DNA of 64,000 bases, taken from positions 96,001 through 160,000 of the forward strand of contig CAVSMN010000011.1 of the NCBI GenBank assembly GCA_963729045.1, given 5' to 3'. A program made the position numbers and the translations under genes. Source of the DNA: an uncultured Nitrososphaeraceae archaeon (lineage in GTDB: Archaea > Thermoproteota > Nitrososphaeria > Nitrososphaerales > Nitrososphaeraceae). Positions 63,368-64,000 of the stretch are shown one piece after another. The notes beneath the pieces were generated by a model. It was not told the origin of the DNA and made no database searches. It saw only the letters and a program-made list of their open reading frames with translations. Position 1 is the stretch's first letter. The number at the start of each line of letters is the position of its first letter.

Positions 63368-64000
63368 ATGCAATATTCCAATATACCTGACCAAGATATC
63401 GTTATAAAGAATGTGACTTTTCAAGATATTCCCAAAATAATTGAATTGCAAAAGGAATCTTTTCCATCCATGTTAGAAGAAGGTAGTGTTTGGGGAAAGA
63501 GGCATCTTCAAAGTCACGTGGAAATATTTCCAGAAGGTCAATTTTGTGTTGAAATTAAGAACAAAATTATAGGTTCATCTAGTAGTTTAATAGTAAAGTT
63601 ACCATCCGATTACGAAGTTCATACATTTAGTCAGGTGACAGGCAATAGTCTATTTACCACCCATGACCCAAGTGGCGATTCATTGTATGGTGCAGACATT
63701 TCTGTTCATCCGGATTTTCGTCGATTGGGGATAGCAACTTTACTATACAATGCAAGAAAGGATCTGGTCATAAAATACAATTTAAGGCGAATCATAGCAG
63801 GCGGTAGGTTGATAAACTATTGTAATTATGCGGAGAAATTATCCCCAGAAGAATATGTTCAACATGTTATAAATGGACAGATTTCCGATCAGGTGTTGAC
63901 CTTTCAATTGAGAAATGATTTTAAATTCATAAAAATACTTTCAAATTATATCAAGGATTCTAGATCTCTAAACTATGCAACATTTATTGAATGGATAAAT
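63368..64000 (+). CDS. GNAT-family acetyltransferase (YkwB-like), runs off the window end
   Basis: Translated by hand from ATG 63368: ...SHVEIFPEGQFCVE...HDPSGDSLYGADISVHPDFRRLGIATLLYNARK...GGRL..Y...FQLRNDF...SLNYATFIEWIN. Confidence 0.88.
   Translation, partial: MQYSNIPDQDIVIKNVTFQDIPKIIELQKESFPSMLEEGSVWGKRHLQSHVEIFPEGQFCVEIKNKIIGSSSSLIVKLPSDYEVHTFSQVTGNSLFTTHDPSGDSLYGADISVHPDFRRLGIATLLYNARKDLVIKYNLRRIIAGGRLINYCNYAEKLSPEEYVQHVINGQISDQVLTFQLRNDFKFIKILSNYIKDSRSLNYATFIEWIN

Noticed and set aside
1..64000. CRISPR array, integrase, transposase or provirus
   Set aside because: No spaced direct repeats of CRISPR type and no recognisable recombinase, transposase or capsid ORF; all tandem repeats are short or lie within genes.

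Overview
AT-rich chromosomal segment of an ammonia-oxidising archaeon (Nitrososphaerota). The amoC sequence, gene content, AT-richness and many small secreted proteins point to a Nitrosocosmicus-like genome; this assignment is by recognition, not by search. Core genes: a stand-alone amoC, nadX, purE/purK, a Zfx-type ferredoxin, a rhodanese, an intron-containing tRNA-Ala(TGC), aspS, sufS/sufU, gdhA, an A-type Fe-S carrier, the ADP-forming 3-hydroxypropionyl-CoA synthetase of the 3HP/4HB cycle, Cgi121/THUMP/TsaC, folE, and a non-oxidative pentose-phosphate operon with a transketolase-N::Rpe fusion. Accessory content: many secreted proteins, small Cys/His metal-binding proteins, a PQQ-type propeller, a class III cyclase and two different AAA+/vWA pairs with no visible client. 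About a dozen genes, including essential aspS, are broken by mostly single-base insertions, which most likely reflects assembly error. I found no CRISPR array, integrase or intact transposase. No single multi-gene novel system is proven. The strongest leads are: a ferredoxin with all four Zn ligands replaced by hydrophobic residues; a tandem-palindrome element upstream of an amoC copy that carries an S-to-L change inside its metal-binding motif; the two orphan AAA+/vWA modules; and a set of Q/N/S-rich, Cys-paired secreted modules that could be matrix-forming.
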